Origin: Eledone cirrhosa
Lineage: Eukaryota
Direction: 5' to 3'
Length of the DNA: 64,000 nucleotides
NCBI GenBank assembly: GCA_964016885.1
Contig: OZ024759.1
Location: 20,150,001-20,214,000 of the forward strand
Each line of letters starts with the position of its first letter. Position 1 is the first letter of the stretch. The notes under the pieces were generated by a model. It did not search any database, was not told the origin of the DNA, and saw only the letters and a list, made by a program, of their open reading frames with translations. A program made the translations under genes and the position numbers. Positions 41,572 through 55,966 of the stretch are shown here, piece after piece.

Positions 41572-44500
41572 AGATGTAACATTAGTGCTACTGCACTAAC
41601 AGATGTAACATTAGTGCTATTGCACTAACAGATGTAATGGAAGTATCACTGTGCTAACAGATGTAGTGGAAGTACCACTGTGTTAACAGATGTAGTGGAA
41701 GTACCACTGTGTTAACAGATGTAGTGGCAGTACCACTGTATTAACAGATGTAGTGGCAGTACCACTGTGTTAACAGATATAGTGGCAGTACCACTGTATT
41801 AACAGATGTAGTGGAAGTACCACTGTGTTAACAGATGTTGTGGCAGTACCACTGTGTTAACAGATGTAGTGGCAGTACCACTGTATTAACAAATGTAGTG
41901 GCAGTACCACTGTGTTAACAGATGTAGTGGAAGTACCACTGTGTTAACAGATGTAGTGGCAGTACCACTGTGTTAACAGATGTAGTGGCAGTACCACTGT
42001 ATTAACAGATGTAGTGGCAGTACCACTGTGTTAACAGATGTAGTGGAAGTATCACTGTGTTAACAGATATAGTGGAAGTACCACTGTGTTAACAGATGTA
42101 GTGGCAGTACCACCGTGTTAACAGATGTAGTGGAAGTACCACTGTGTTAACAGATATAGTGGAAGTACCACTGTGTTAACAGATGTAGTGGCAGTACCAC
42201 TGTGTTAACAGATGTAGTGGCAGTACCACTGTATTAACAGATGTAGTGGCAGTACCACTGTGCTAATAGATGTAGTGGAAGTACCACTGTGTTAACAGAT
42301 GTAGTGGCAGTACCACTGTGTTAACAGATATAGTGGAAGTAGCACTGTGTTAACAGATGTAGTGGCAGTACCACTGTATTAACAAATGTAGTGGCAGTAC
42401 CACTGTGTTAACAGATGTAGTGGCAGTACCACTGTATTAACAGATGTAGTGGCAGTACCACTGTGTTAACAGATGTAGTGGCAGTACCACTGTGTTAACA
42501 GATGTAGTGGCAGTACCACTGTGTTAACAGATGTAGTGGCAGTATCACTGTGTTAACAGATGTAGTGGCAGTACCACTGTATTAACAGATGTAGTGGCAG
42601 TACCACTGTGTTAATAGATGTAGTGGCAGTACCACTGTATTAACAAATGTAGTGGCAGTACCACTGTGTTAACAGATGTAGTGGAAGTATCACTGTGTTA
42701 ACAGATGTTGTGGCAGTACCACTGTGTTAACAGATGTAGTGGAAGTACCACTGTGTTAACAGATGTAGTGGAAGTACCACTGTGTTAACAGATGTAGTGG
42801 CAGTACCACTGTGTTAACAGATGTAGTGGCAGTACCACTGTGCTAATAGATGTAGTGGAAGTACCACTGTGTTAACAGATGTAGTGGAAGTACCACTGTG
42901 TTAACAGATGTAGTGGCAGTACCACTGTGTTAACAGATGTAGTGGCAGTATCACTGTACTGCCACTACATCTGTAAACACAGTGGTACTTCCACTACATC
43001 TGTTAACACAGTGGTACTGCCACAACATCTGTTAATACAGTGGTACTTCCACTACATTTGTTAATACAGTGGTACTGCCACTACATCTGTTAACACAGTG
43101 GTACTGCCACTACATCTGTTAACACAGTGGTACTGCCACTACATCTGTTAACACAGTGATACTTGTTTCTACTTTAGGCACAAGGCCAGCAATTACCCAG
43201 TGCATTACTGGTACTTTATTTTATCGACCCCGAAAGGCAAAGTCAACCTCAAATCCCGCCGAGGTTGACTTTGCCTTTCATCCTTACGGAGTCGATAAAA
43301 TAAAGTACCAGTAATGCACTGGGTAATTGCTGGCCTTGTGCCTAAAGTAGAAACAAGTATCACTGTGTTAACAGATGTAGTGGCAGTACCACTGTGTTAA
43401 CAGATGTAGTGGAAGTACCACTGTGTTAACAGATGTAGTGGCAGTACCACTGTATTAACAAATGTAGTGGAAGTACCACTGTATTAACAGATGTTGTGGC
43501 AGTACCACTGTGTTAACAGATGTAGTGGAAGTACCACTGTGTTAACAGATGTTGTGGCAGTACCACTGTGTTAACAGATGTAGTGGAAGTAGCACCGTGT
43601 TAACAGATGTTGTGGCAGTACCACTGTGTTAACAGATGTAGTGGAAGTAGCACCGTGTTAACAGATATAGTGGCAGTATCACTGTGTTAACAGATGTAGT
43701 GGAAGTACCACTGTGTTAACAGATGTAGTGGCAGTACCACTGTGTTAACAGATGTAGTGGCAGTACCACTGTGTTAACAGATGTAGTGGAAGTACCACTG
43801 TGTTAATAGATGTAGTGGAAGTACCACTGTGTTAACAGATGTAGTGGAAGTACCACTGTGTTAACAGATGTAGTGGAAGTACCACTGTGTTAACAGATGT
43901 AGTGGAAGTACCACTGTGTTAATAGATGTAGTGGAAGTAGCACTGTGTTAACAGATGTAGTGGCAGTACCACTGTGTTAACAGATGTAGTGGAAGTACCA
44001 CTGTGTTAACAGATGTAGTGGAAGTACCACTGTGTTAACAGATGTAGTGGAAGTACCACTGTGTTAATAGATGTAGTGGAAGTAGCACTGTGTTAACAGA
44101 TATAGTGGCAGTACCACTGTGTTAACAGATGTAGTGGAAGTACCACTGTGTTAACAGATGTAGTGACAGTACCACTGTGTTAACAGATGTAGTGACAGTA
44201 CCACTGTGTTAACAGATGTAGTGGAAGTACCACTGTGTTAACAGATGTAGTGGCAGTATCACTGTGTTAACAGATGTAGTGGAAGTACCACTGTGTTAAC
44301 AGATGTAGTGGAAGTACCACTGTGTTAACAGATGTAGTGGCAGTACCACTGTGTTAACAGATGTAGTGGCAGTACCACTGTGTTAACAGATGTAGTGACA
44401 GTACCACTGTGTTAACAGATGTAGTGGAAGTACCACTGTGTTAACAGATGTAGTGGCAGTATCACTGTGTTAACAGATGTAGTGGAAGTACCACTGTGTT

Positions 44501-45375
44501 AACAGATGTAGTGGAAGTACCACTGTGTTAACAGATGTAGTGGCAGTACCACTGTGTTAACAGATGTAGTGACAGTACCACTGTGTTAACAGATGTAGTG
44601 GAAGTACCACTGTGTTAACAGATGTAGTGGCAGTACCACTGTGCTAACAGATGTAGTGACAGTACCACTGTGTTAACAGATGTAGTGGAAGTACCACTGT
44701 GTTAACAGATGTAGTGGCAGTACCACTGTGTTAACAGATGTAGTGGAAGTACCACTGTGTTAACAGATGTTGTGGCAGTACCACTGTGTTAACAGATGTA
44801 GTGGAAGTACCACTGTGTTAACAGATGTAGTGGCAGTACCACTGTGCTAACAGATGTAGTGACAGTACCACTGTGTTAACAGATGTAGTGGAAGTACCAC
44901 TGTGTTAACAGATGTAGTGGAAGTACCACTGTGTTAACAGATGTAGTGGCAGTACCACTGTGTTAACAGATGTAGTGGAAGTAGCACTGTGTTAACAGAT
45001 ATAGTGGCAGTACCACTGTGTTAACAGATGTAGTGGCAGTACCACTGTGTTAACAGATGTAGTGGCAGTACCACTGTGTTAACAGATGTAGTGGCAGTAC
45101 CACTGTGTTAACAGATGTAGTGGCAGTACCACTGTATTAACAGATGTAGTGGCAGTACCACTGTGTTAACAGATGTAGTGGCAGTACCACTGTGTTAACA
45201 GATGTAGTGGCAGTACCACTGTGTTAACAGATGTAGTGGCAGTACCACTGTATTAACAGATGTAGTGGCAGTACCACTGTGTTAACAGATGTAGTGGCAG
45301 TACCACCACACTAACAGATGTCACAGTAACACTATATGAACAGATGTAGCCTTACCACCGCCACATTAACAGATG
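41572..45375. repeat. 29-bp satellite array (~120 copies) with internal inversion and SINE
   Basis: Unit GTACCACTGTGTTAACAGATGTAGTGG(C/A)A. It is inverted at 42956-43162, with a SINE A pair at 43163-43356. Confidence 0.97.
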
Positions 45376-45621
45376 TGGTACAGTTGTAGTTTTGGTGGTG
45401 GTGGTGGTGGTGATGATGATAGTGATTGGTGCTGTTGTTGTTGTTGCTGGTGGTGGTTGTGTTGTGCTTTTGTATATGTATGTATGTGTGTGCGTGTATG
45501 TGTCTGTGAAAATGTGTATGCTTCCATCCATACATGTGTGTGTGTGTATGTATATATATGTATATATATATATTTATATTTGTTGTCTGTGTATGCACCT
45601 GTGCATCTATCCATATGTGTG

Positions 45622-45653
<32 letters not shown>

Positions 45654-45678
45654 TATACATATATATACACATACACAC

Positions 45679-45709
<31 letters not shown>

Positions 45710-45898
45710 TCCATATACATATATATATATACACACATATACACATATATATATGTTTATGTATGCACATGTGTAATATGTATGCATCCATACATACATG
45801 TGTCTGTATGTATATATATGTGTGTGTGTGTTGTGCATGTATGTGCATCTCTATATGTGCATCTGTTTGCATATTATATTTTACAAGCTGAAGGTGTG

Positions 45899-45933
<35 letters not shown>

Positions 45934-46203
45934 GGGGGGGGGAGAAATACACACATACATACAGAAACAATATTCACACACCCACAATTAAATCTGCATA
46001 CATATATACACACATTCAGCTTGTATATATATATACACATGTGTTTATATATATATACATACATACACATATATATAAACACACACACATATATACACAT
46101 ATATATATGTGTATGTATGTATATATATATGCACACACACGTGTATATATATATATATACACACACACACGTGTGTGTATATATATATACACACACACGT
46201 GTG

Positions 46204-46334
<131 letters not shown>

Positions 46335-46582
46335 GGTTGTATTTGTATAGTTGTATGTGTGTATATGCATGAGTGTGAATTTATGTCTGTGTATGTATGC
46401 GTATATGTATATGTGTGTGTGTATATATATATGTGTATGTATGTATATATATACGCACACACACGTGTATATATATATATATATATATATATACATACAT
46501 ATATATACACACACGTGTGTATATATATGTATATATATACACACACACGTGTGTGTATATATATATATATACACACACACAC

Positions 46583-46626
<44 letters not shown>

Positions 46627-48517
46627 GTGTGTGTATGAAGGAGGCTGGCTTCAGGTAAAAAGCAAGTGTATTATGCAAAAGCAGATAAAACTATATGATA
46701 GCAGTGATGATGATGATGGCAGGGGTGGTGATGGTGAGATGGGGGGGGGTGATGGTGAGGTTGGGGTGTGATGATGGTGGGGGTGAGGGTGGTGAGGTTG
46801 GGGGCCGATGGGGGTGGGTGGGGGGATGACCTAGATGATGATGGTGGTGGTGGTGGTGGTGCAAGTGATGGTGGTGGTGATGAGAATGATGATAGTAATG
46901 CTGGTGATGGTGGTGAAGACAACCTAGATGATGATGATGATGATGATGATAATAAAGGATAGAATGGGGACGTTGATGATGGCAATGATGATAAAAGTGA
47001 TCATGACTATGATGATGATAATCATGGTGATGATGGTGGTGATGATGATGGTGGTGATGGTGATGATAGTGGTGATGGTGGTGATGGTGATGATGGTGAT
47101 GGTGATGATGGTGGTGATGGTGGTGATGATGGTGGTGGTGATGATGATGGTGGTGGTGATGATGATAATGATGGTGATGGTCATGATAGTGGTGATGGTG
47201 GTGGTGATGATGGTGATGGTGGTGGTGATGGTGAAGACGACCTAGATGATGATGATGGTGATGATAATGATGGTGATGATGGTGATGATGGTGATGTTAA
47301 TGATGGTGATGATGGCGGTGATGGTTGAGCATTGTTATCACTATTACGACAATTTTCATCATCTTGTCATTGCCATCATCATCACATCTCTATCACCATC
47401 CTCGTCATCACCATCCTCATCATCATTACCATCATCACCATCATCACCATCATCACCATCATCACCATCATTATCATCATCGTCATCATCACCATCTTCA
47501 CCATCATTATCATCATTACCATCATCGTCATCATCACTATCATCATCACCATCATCAACACCACCATAACCACTATCATCATCACCATCTCCTTCCCCAT
47601 TATCATCATCACCACCTCTGACACCATCACCATCATCATCACAATCGCATTCATCGTCATCACCATCGTCAACATCAACATTATCATCATCACCACAATC
47701 ATTACCATCATCATCACCAATCACCAATCACCAATCACCATCACCACCATCATCATCATCACCAATCACCATCACCATCATCATCACCAATCACCATCAT
47801 CATCACCAATAACCATCACCATCATCATCATCATCATCATCACCAATCACCATCATCATCATCATCACCATCACCAATCACCATCACCACCATCATCATC
47901 ATCACCAATCACCATCATCATCATCATCATCACCAATCAACATCACCACCATCATCATCATCATCACCAATCACCATCATCATCATCATCATCACCATCA
48001 CCAATCATCATCATCATCATCACCAATCAACATCACCACCATCATCATCATCATCACCAATCACCATCATCATCATCATCATCATCACCATCACCAATCA
48101 CCATCATCATCATCATCACCAATCACCATCACCACCACCATCATCATCACCATCACCAAGATAAGCAGGTAAGATAGAAATAGGGTTGGGGTGGGGCAAA
48201 AGGAAGGTGTGTGTGTGTGCGTATGTGTGTGTGTGTGTGTGCATGTGTGTGTGTGTGTGTGTGTGCATGTGTGTGTGTGTGTGGAATGAATCAACGAGAA
48301 TAATTGTAAGAATCCCAAGAATGCTGAAACTGTTGGTGGAATGGTGCAGGGGGGGTTATGGTGAGGGGTGGTGCAGTGCAGATTGTGATGCAATGTATTG
48401 CTTGTTTGTAGTGCAGGTGGTAGCGCAGTGCTAGTTGCAGTGGTGGTGACGATGTTGTTGTTGTTGTTGGTGTTGTTAGGGAAGAAATCGCTCGATAAGA
48501 AGAAACTAGGTGACAGT

Positions 48518-48561
<44 letters not shown>

Positions 48562-50540
48562 TGTTTCTACTTTTGGCACAAGGCCAGCAATTACCCCAGT
48601 GTATTACTGGTACTTTATTTTATTGACTCCCCGTAAGGATGAAAGGCAAAGTTAACCTCGGCGGGATTTGAACTCAGATCGTAAAGGCACGTAACTCTGC
48701 TGGAAAGCATGTCCGACCCTCTACCGATACTGCCAATTCACCACCCTTGTACTAATAATAATAATAATAATAATAACAACAAAAATAATAATGATTTCTT
48801 TATTAACCACACGGGTTGACATGAAATATAACATTAACCCTTTAGCATTCACATTATTCTATATCATCATCATCATCATCATCATTTTACGTCCGCTTTT
48901 CCCTGCTTGCAAGAGTGGGACGGGAACTGATTCTGGCTTGATTTTTACAGTTGGATGCCCTTCCTAACACCAACCTCATTTACAGTAAGTGCTGGGTGCT
49001 TTTTTTCCATGACCCCTGCAAGTCCACTTTACAGTGTGGGCTGGGTGCTTTTTTGCCGTGGCACCTCCATGACCACTTTGCAGTGGAATGATATGGACCC
49101 CAGTCCCTATCATCTCATTTCTACAGCTGAGTAAACTGGAACAATGTGAAATAAAGTGCCTTGCTCAAGGAAACAACACATCACCCGGTCTGAGAATTGA
49201 ACTCACAACCTTTCGATTGCAAAGCCAATGCTCAAACCACTAAGCCATGTGCCTTACATAATTATCTCACATAATATCGAATCTATGAGATTTTGATGTT
49301 ATTTATTTTGAGAACAATACCTTAACATAAGTTAAGTATAAGCAGCCAGTTTCAACTGGTTTGAACAGAAAGAGGTGAGACATTTCTAGCCGGATATGGT
49401 CAGTTTGAATGCTCAAGGGTTAAGGACAGCATAGGGTGGTACAGGACGGTACAAATGGGCATTTCTGTGTAAAAAAAAACAACTAAATTATATATATATA
49501 AAAACAAAAACAAAGGATGTAACAAAAAAAATGAAACAAGGAAAAATTGCCAAGTGTGTGTGTGTGGGGGGGGGGGGAACTTCCGAGGGTCTCTCGTGGA
49601 GAAAGACCACAAAAAGCCATGGTCACCCTGACCGCCAGGGCAAGCGTCCTCTTCCAGTTTTAACAATAATAATTGTTTCTACTTTTTTGGCACAAGGCCA
49701 GCAAATACCCAGTGTATTACTGGTACTTTATTTTATCGACCCCATAAGGATGAAAGGCAAAGCTAACCTCTATATTATAGAGTAATGTGAATGCTAAAGG
49801 GTTAAACAGAAAGAGGTGAGAGAATTCTGGCCGGATATGGCCAGTTTAAATGCTAAAGGGTTAAGCCATAGCTAAATACTTCAAAGCATTTTGTTTGAGA
49901 CTCAAACGATTCTGCCAATCCACTACTCAAATTAATTATCAAGTTAATTAAATTGACCTTGATGGGTCTTCAACCCTCACTCTTCTTGTTTAGATGTCTG
50001 ACATGTTATCCATTAGGTCACAGGGCCACCGTTAGCGGTTTCTAATTCAAGCACAAGAGCAGCAATTTGTGAGTGAGGGAGGGTAGAAAGCCATTTAAAT
50101 TAACATCCCCAGTATTTGACTAGTACTTTATTTTATCCACCTTTGGTGGGATAATAATGCAAAGATTACCTTGGCAGGAGTTAAACTCAGAATCTAAAAT
50201 TCTAGAACTAAATCTGATGTCAGGTTTTGGGATTTTTTTTTAACATTTAACATATCAGAAACATAAACAAACTTAGCAGAAACAAACAAAAAAATATTCA
50301 ACAATAAATACAAAATAAATAATATCTATTTTCTTAAACCCCACCACACCACCAGCCCTCACCTAAACCAGCCCCAACATCCAGCAACCCACCACAAAAT
50401 ATAGAAAAACTATAGAAGCAGGAGGGCTGGCGGAAGCATGTTAAACTGTGTATAAGAAAATATAATTCTTGCTGACAGATCTTTTAAATGTTTAAATATT
50501 TCCCTGTAGCTGTTAATGTCTTTGACAGACTCGCATACTC

Positions 50541-50574
<34 letters not shown>

Positions 50575-50778
50575 ATAGCAATACCTAACCCTTTCATGAC
50601 TGTATTTCTAATGATTTCAAATAATTGATGAAGAATGCTGAGTTATTTATTAAAATTCTGTTGGAATATTTTAATATAAATAAAAACCCTTTAGAATTGG
50701 TGGTTTTGTTTCATAGAATCAGCTGTTTTGGTATCATAAAGATTGTGTAGTGAGGATGTATACTTAGTGACTGAAATA

Positions 50779-50825
<47 letters not shown>

Positions 50826-50828
<3 letters not shown>

Positions 50829-52077
50829 GGTGTGGACGATATTTGTTCGCAATTTTCAACTGCTAATTTTATGCAATTTTTTTTTACTTCCGTTGTCACT
50901 CTTGTCTTCATAAAATCAGTGACTATATTTCCATTATTTATTTTCAGAATAATTGATTATGAATAATTTTGAACCTCCAAATTTGTGGAAGAGACACAGA
51001 GTTCTTCTTGGAATCCGTGCCGGGAGGACAAATAAGGAAATTTCAGACTTTCTCAGTGTCAGCAGGAGAATGGTGGAAAAGGTCAGAAAGGAATTGGAAG
51101 ATTCAGGATTTGACTACGAAGCAACATCATAGAGGAAAACACATGATCGACGATCTGACACCTTCAGAACGCCCGAGTTCGTCGTTGAAGTTCAGGATAT
51201 CATCAACAATGAACCTAGCAAGTCGATGCGTGCCATTGCAAGGGAGAAAGGCGTGGATGAAAAGCTCATTAGGCTGGTGGTACATGAAGACATTCGCTAC
51301 GTTTCATACAAGATGAGGAAAGGACAATTTCTGTCAAAGGCGATGCAAGAAAAGCGACTGAAGTCCACAAAGAAGCTGATCAACAAGTTCAAACACCCAC
51401 TGGGGCCAGACATGCTGTGGTTTTTCTCCGACGAGAAAAACTTCTGCAAAGACCAGAAGATCAACTTCCAGAACAACAGGCGGCTCGCTGTCTCATCCAA
51501 AGACGTGCTCAGAGTCATGCAGACAAAGTTTCCAGCGACAACATTGGTCTTAGGTGTCGTCAGCAGTCAAGGTGACGTCATGCCACCTCACTTCTTCCCT
51601 GAGGGCCTCAAGCTGAACACCGATGGCTACATCCGCATTCTGAGTGAGGTAGTAAAGCCCTGGATCGACCAGGTAGCTGCAGGTAGGCCGTACGTGTGGC
51701 AGCAAGACTCAGCGCCCTACCATACCAGCCAAAAAACCTAAGCCTGGCTATCAGAGAACTTCATCGACCACACTTCACCTGACATCTGGCCTCCCAGCTC
51801 GCCTGACTGCAACCCCCTCGACTTCTTTGTGTGGCGCAGTGGAATGAGACACCAACAGATCTAGCTGCAATACGAAAGATGATCTGAAGGCCAGGATCAC
51901 AAGTGCCTTTAGGGGCCTAAGTCGGGGGACAGTGACGAAGCCCTGTAGCTGGTTCCGAGGCCGTCTTGAGGCCGTTATCAAAGCCAATGGCGGGTTTATC
52001 AAGTGAGATCGAAAGAACAAGTCATGAAGACAAACTGACCCAAGTTTGATAAATATATAAATATCGTCCACACCCTG
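50826..52077 (+). mobile_element. Full-length Tc1/mariner DNA transposon, DD37D (maT) family, inactivated
   Basis: 19-bp TIRs CAGGGTGTGGACGATATTT (50826-44) and AAATATCGTCCACACCCTG (52059-77), TA on both sides, 1252 bp, enclosing a transposase. Confidence 0.93.
50959..52006 (+). pseudogene. DD37D transposase pseudogene
   Basis: MNNFEPPNLWKRHRVLLGIRAGRTNKEISDFL (HTH-like)...WFFSDEKNF...WQQDSAPYH...WPPSSPDCNPLDFFVW...RLEAVIKANGGFIK*. There are 37 residues between the second and third catalytic D. In-frame stops near 51130, 51739 and 51845, and a frameshift near 51834. Confidence 0.92.
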
Positions 52078-52617
52078 TATATACTCTTTCAGTCACTAAG
52101 TATACATCTTCACTACACAATCTTATATATATATATAATTGTTTCTACTTTTGGCACAAGGCCAGCAATTACCACCAATGCATTACTGGTGCTTTATTTT
52201 ATCAACCCCGTAAGGATAAAAGGCAAAGTAAACCTCAGACTGTAAAGGGACGTAACTCTGTGCTGCAAAGAGTATATAATATATAACAAAGAAATAGTGT
52301 AAAAATACATATACATGTATACCAGGTCTGAACACAAATGATCTGAGCTCCCACTGTTATCGCCTCCGTCTCTCCCGCCCTCCCTATTTCTTATTATTAT
52401 GAGCTAATAGGGTCCCACATGCTGTCCACCCCACGGTCTCGGCAGACAGAATAGAGAAGGCGTTTCCCTGGAGGATGGTGAAAGCCATTCCAGCTAGCAA
52501 GGCTCACACCTGTAGCTATGGTGGTGAGTAGGGAGGTGCCCCTAGGGCCATGGACACTAGAAATCTCCACTGTTAGGGGCTCGACTGCAAACCTGTTGGA
52601 GAGCAACCAATATGGTT

Positions 52618-53525
52618 ATTAAAGAATTTTGAGGGATTTACTAAAATTATATTGGAAGGTTTTAATTTTAAAAAATGGGTCATTTTGTATTATAGAACCA
52701 GAGCTGGTTTTGATCGGGTTGGTACCAGAAGGGTTAAAGAACTTTGAAGAATTATTAAAATTATATTAGAAGGTTTTAATTTAACTCTTTAGCATTTACA
52801 TTACTCTATATTTACTATTATATTTTCCTGGTAAAGGCTTTACCTCACATAATTATCTCACATAATATTGAATCTATAAGAATTTGATATTATTTAAGTT
52901 TGAGAACAATACCTTAACATCAGTATGCGTGGCCAGTTATGGCCAGTTTGAACAGAAAGAGGTGAGTGGATTCTGGCCGGATACAGCCAGTTTAAATGCT
53001 AAAGGGTTAATGAAGAATTTTGAAGGATTTACTAAAATTATATTGGAGGGTATTAATTTAAATAGGAACCTTTTTTTTTTTAAAATGGATGATTTTGTAT
53101 TATAGAACCAGAGCTGGTTTTGATCAGGTTGGTACCAGAAGGGTTAAAGAAAAATTTTGAGGGATTTACTAAAATTATATGAGAAAGTTTTAATATAAAT
53201 AAGAACCTTTTAAAATAGGTGATTTCGTTTCATAAAACCAGAGCTGGTTTTAGTGGTTTTGCATCATAGAACCAGAACTGGTTTTGGCATGGTTGGTATC
53301 AATTAAAACTGACAGTGAAATATTTTGTGGGATTTACTAAAATTATTTATCATTTTGTTACTAAGAAAATAACTTTAAAAGTTCTTATATTAAATTATGA
53401 TGGAAGATTTTCATTTATATAGCAACCCTTTCAAATAGGTGGTTTTGTTTCATAGAACCAGAGCTGGTTTTGGTGGTTGTGTACCACAGAACCTGAACTG
53501 GTTTTTGGTCGGGTCGGTATCAAAA
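52618..53525. repeat. Tandem degenerate copies of a second MITE end (gaagggttaa terminus)
   Basis: Repeated gggatttactaaaattatatt...tagaaccagagctggttttg...ggtaccagaagggttaa. A related copy lies at 50586-50738. Confidence 0.6.
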
Positions 53526-55423
53526 AGATGAAACAAGTAAATACATAAATAAAGAAGTTAATAAATAAAGAAATAAACTAAAATACATTAAGTTCGAAAG
53601 ATGATAAATGTCTTAATTGTTACGATGGTGAGTTGATGTGTTTGTTGGTTGGTGTGTTGTGATGTGGTGGCTGGTGCGTTGTGATGTGGTGGTTAGTGTG
53701 TTATGATGTGGTGGTTTGTTGATGTGATGGCTGGTGTGTTGGTTGAATAAAACCACTACCAATAACAACACCTCCACCACCACCACCAACACCACCAACT
53801 ACAACACCACCAACAACAAAACCATCAACATCATCACCACTACCAACACCATTGTCACAATCTACTACAACAACACCATCACTACCACCACCACCACCAC
53901 CACCACATCCTACTACAACACCATCTCCACCAACACTACCATCTCCAACACCACCATCTGCACCAACACTATCATCTCCAACACTATCACCACCATCTCC
54001 AACACCACCAATACCATCTCCACCAACACCCTCTCCACCAACACCATCTCCACCATCACCAACCCACTACATCACCGACACCACCATCTCCACCGACACC
54101 ACCACCACCTCCACCACATACAGTACCTTGACATTTAAGATAAGAACTAAGACAAGAGGCAATAATACTGTAGTTATGATATATAAAGGATATGACATGG
54201 ACTGATAATGTCATAGTGTGGTGTATTGTTATATAGTGGGGGTGGGGCTGGGGTGGTGTAGTGTGATATAGTGGTGGTGGGGGGGGGATGTATTGTGATA
54301 TAGTGGTGGTTGGTGGTGGTGGAGGGGATGTATTGTGATATAGTGGTGGTTGTTGGGTAGTGGGGTGGTGTATTGTGATATGGTGGCGATGGTGGTTGTG
54401 TATTGTATATGGTGGTGGTGGAGTGGTGTATTGTGATATGATGGCGGTGGTGGTTGTGTATTGTTATATATGGTGGTGGTGGTGGTGGAGTGGTGTATTG
54501 TGATATGATGGCGGTGGTGGTTGTGTATTGTTATATATGGTGGTGGTGATGGTGGAGTGGTGTATTGTGATATGGTGGCGGTGGTGGTTGTGTATTGTTA
54601 TATATGGTGGTGGTGGAGTGGTGTATTGTGATATGGTGGCGGTGGTGGTTGTGTATTGTTATATATGGTGGTGGTGGAGTGGTGTATTGTTATATGGTGG
54701 TGGTGGTGGTTGTGTATTGTTATATATGGTGGTGGTGGAGTGGTGTATTGTTATATGGTGGCGGTGGTGGTTGTGTATTGTTATATATGGTGGTGGTGGA
54801 GTGGTGTATTGTTATATGGTGGCGGTGGTTTGGTGTTGGTATAGTGTATCGTTGTGTGGTGGTGTGGTGTTTAGTGACAGTGGGGTTGTATTGCAGTGTA
54901 ATGGGGGTGGTCTTGGTGTGGTGTTGATATGGTGGTGTGGTGGTGTGGTGTATTGTGATATTGTGGTGTTGGTATAGTGTATTGTTGTGTGGTGGTGTTG
55001 GTGTGGTGTTGATATGGTGTCTTGTTGTGTGGTGTTGGTATAATGTATCGTTGTGTGGTGGTGTGGTGTTTAGTGACAGTGGAGTCGTATTGCAGTGTAA
55101 TGGAGGTGGTGTTGTATAGTGTTGTAGAGGTGTTGTAGTGGTTACCAACAAAGTTACAGGTTCAGATACGGAATAACAAACATAGAGTGGAACATAAACA
55201 CAGACAACTTGAACAGGACAAAAACTCCCCTGGTCATCAGCTGTCTCAATGGATATACACAGTTTCAACCCCCTGGACAACAGTACTGCTGGTCTATTGA
55301 GGGAGGGGAGTCACAGTCTTTAACAAGATAGTTAAATATGTCTGTATGCATGTTTATGTTTGGGTATATATCTATATATATATATATATGAACATATATG
55401 TACATATATATATATATATATTG

Positions 55424-55454
<31 letters not shown>

Positions 55455-55878
55455 ATCCTTGTTTATATAAATTTAAGAAAGAAGTACTTTCACCTATATA
55501 TACACATAAACAGGTAAAAATTGCATACACACACATACATACATATATACATATATATACATACATACATACATAGACACATACATACACATACATACAT
55601 TCATACACATACATACATATATACATTCATACATTCATTCATACATTTATACATACATAAATACATTCATACATGCATACACACATTCATACATACATAC
55701 ATACATTCATACATACACATACACACATACATACATACATACATACATACATACATTCATACATATATACACACATACACATATTCACACATTCATACAT
55801 ACATACATACATACATACATACATACATACATACATACATTCATACATATATACACACATACACATATTCACACATAC

Positions 55879-55925
<47 letters not shown>

Positions 55926-55930
55926 TACAT

Positions 55931-55966
<36 letters not shown>

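Noticed and set aside
41572-45375. CRISPR-like array (29-bp quasi-palindromic repeats)
   Set aside because: Units are contiguous with no unique spacers, there are no cas genes, and the context is eukaryotic; it is a satellite.
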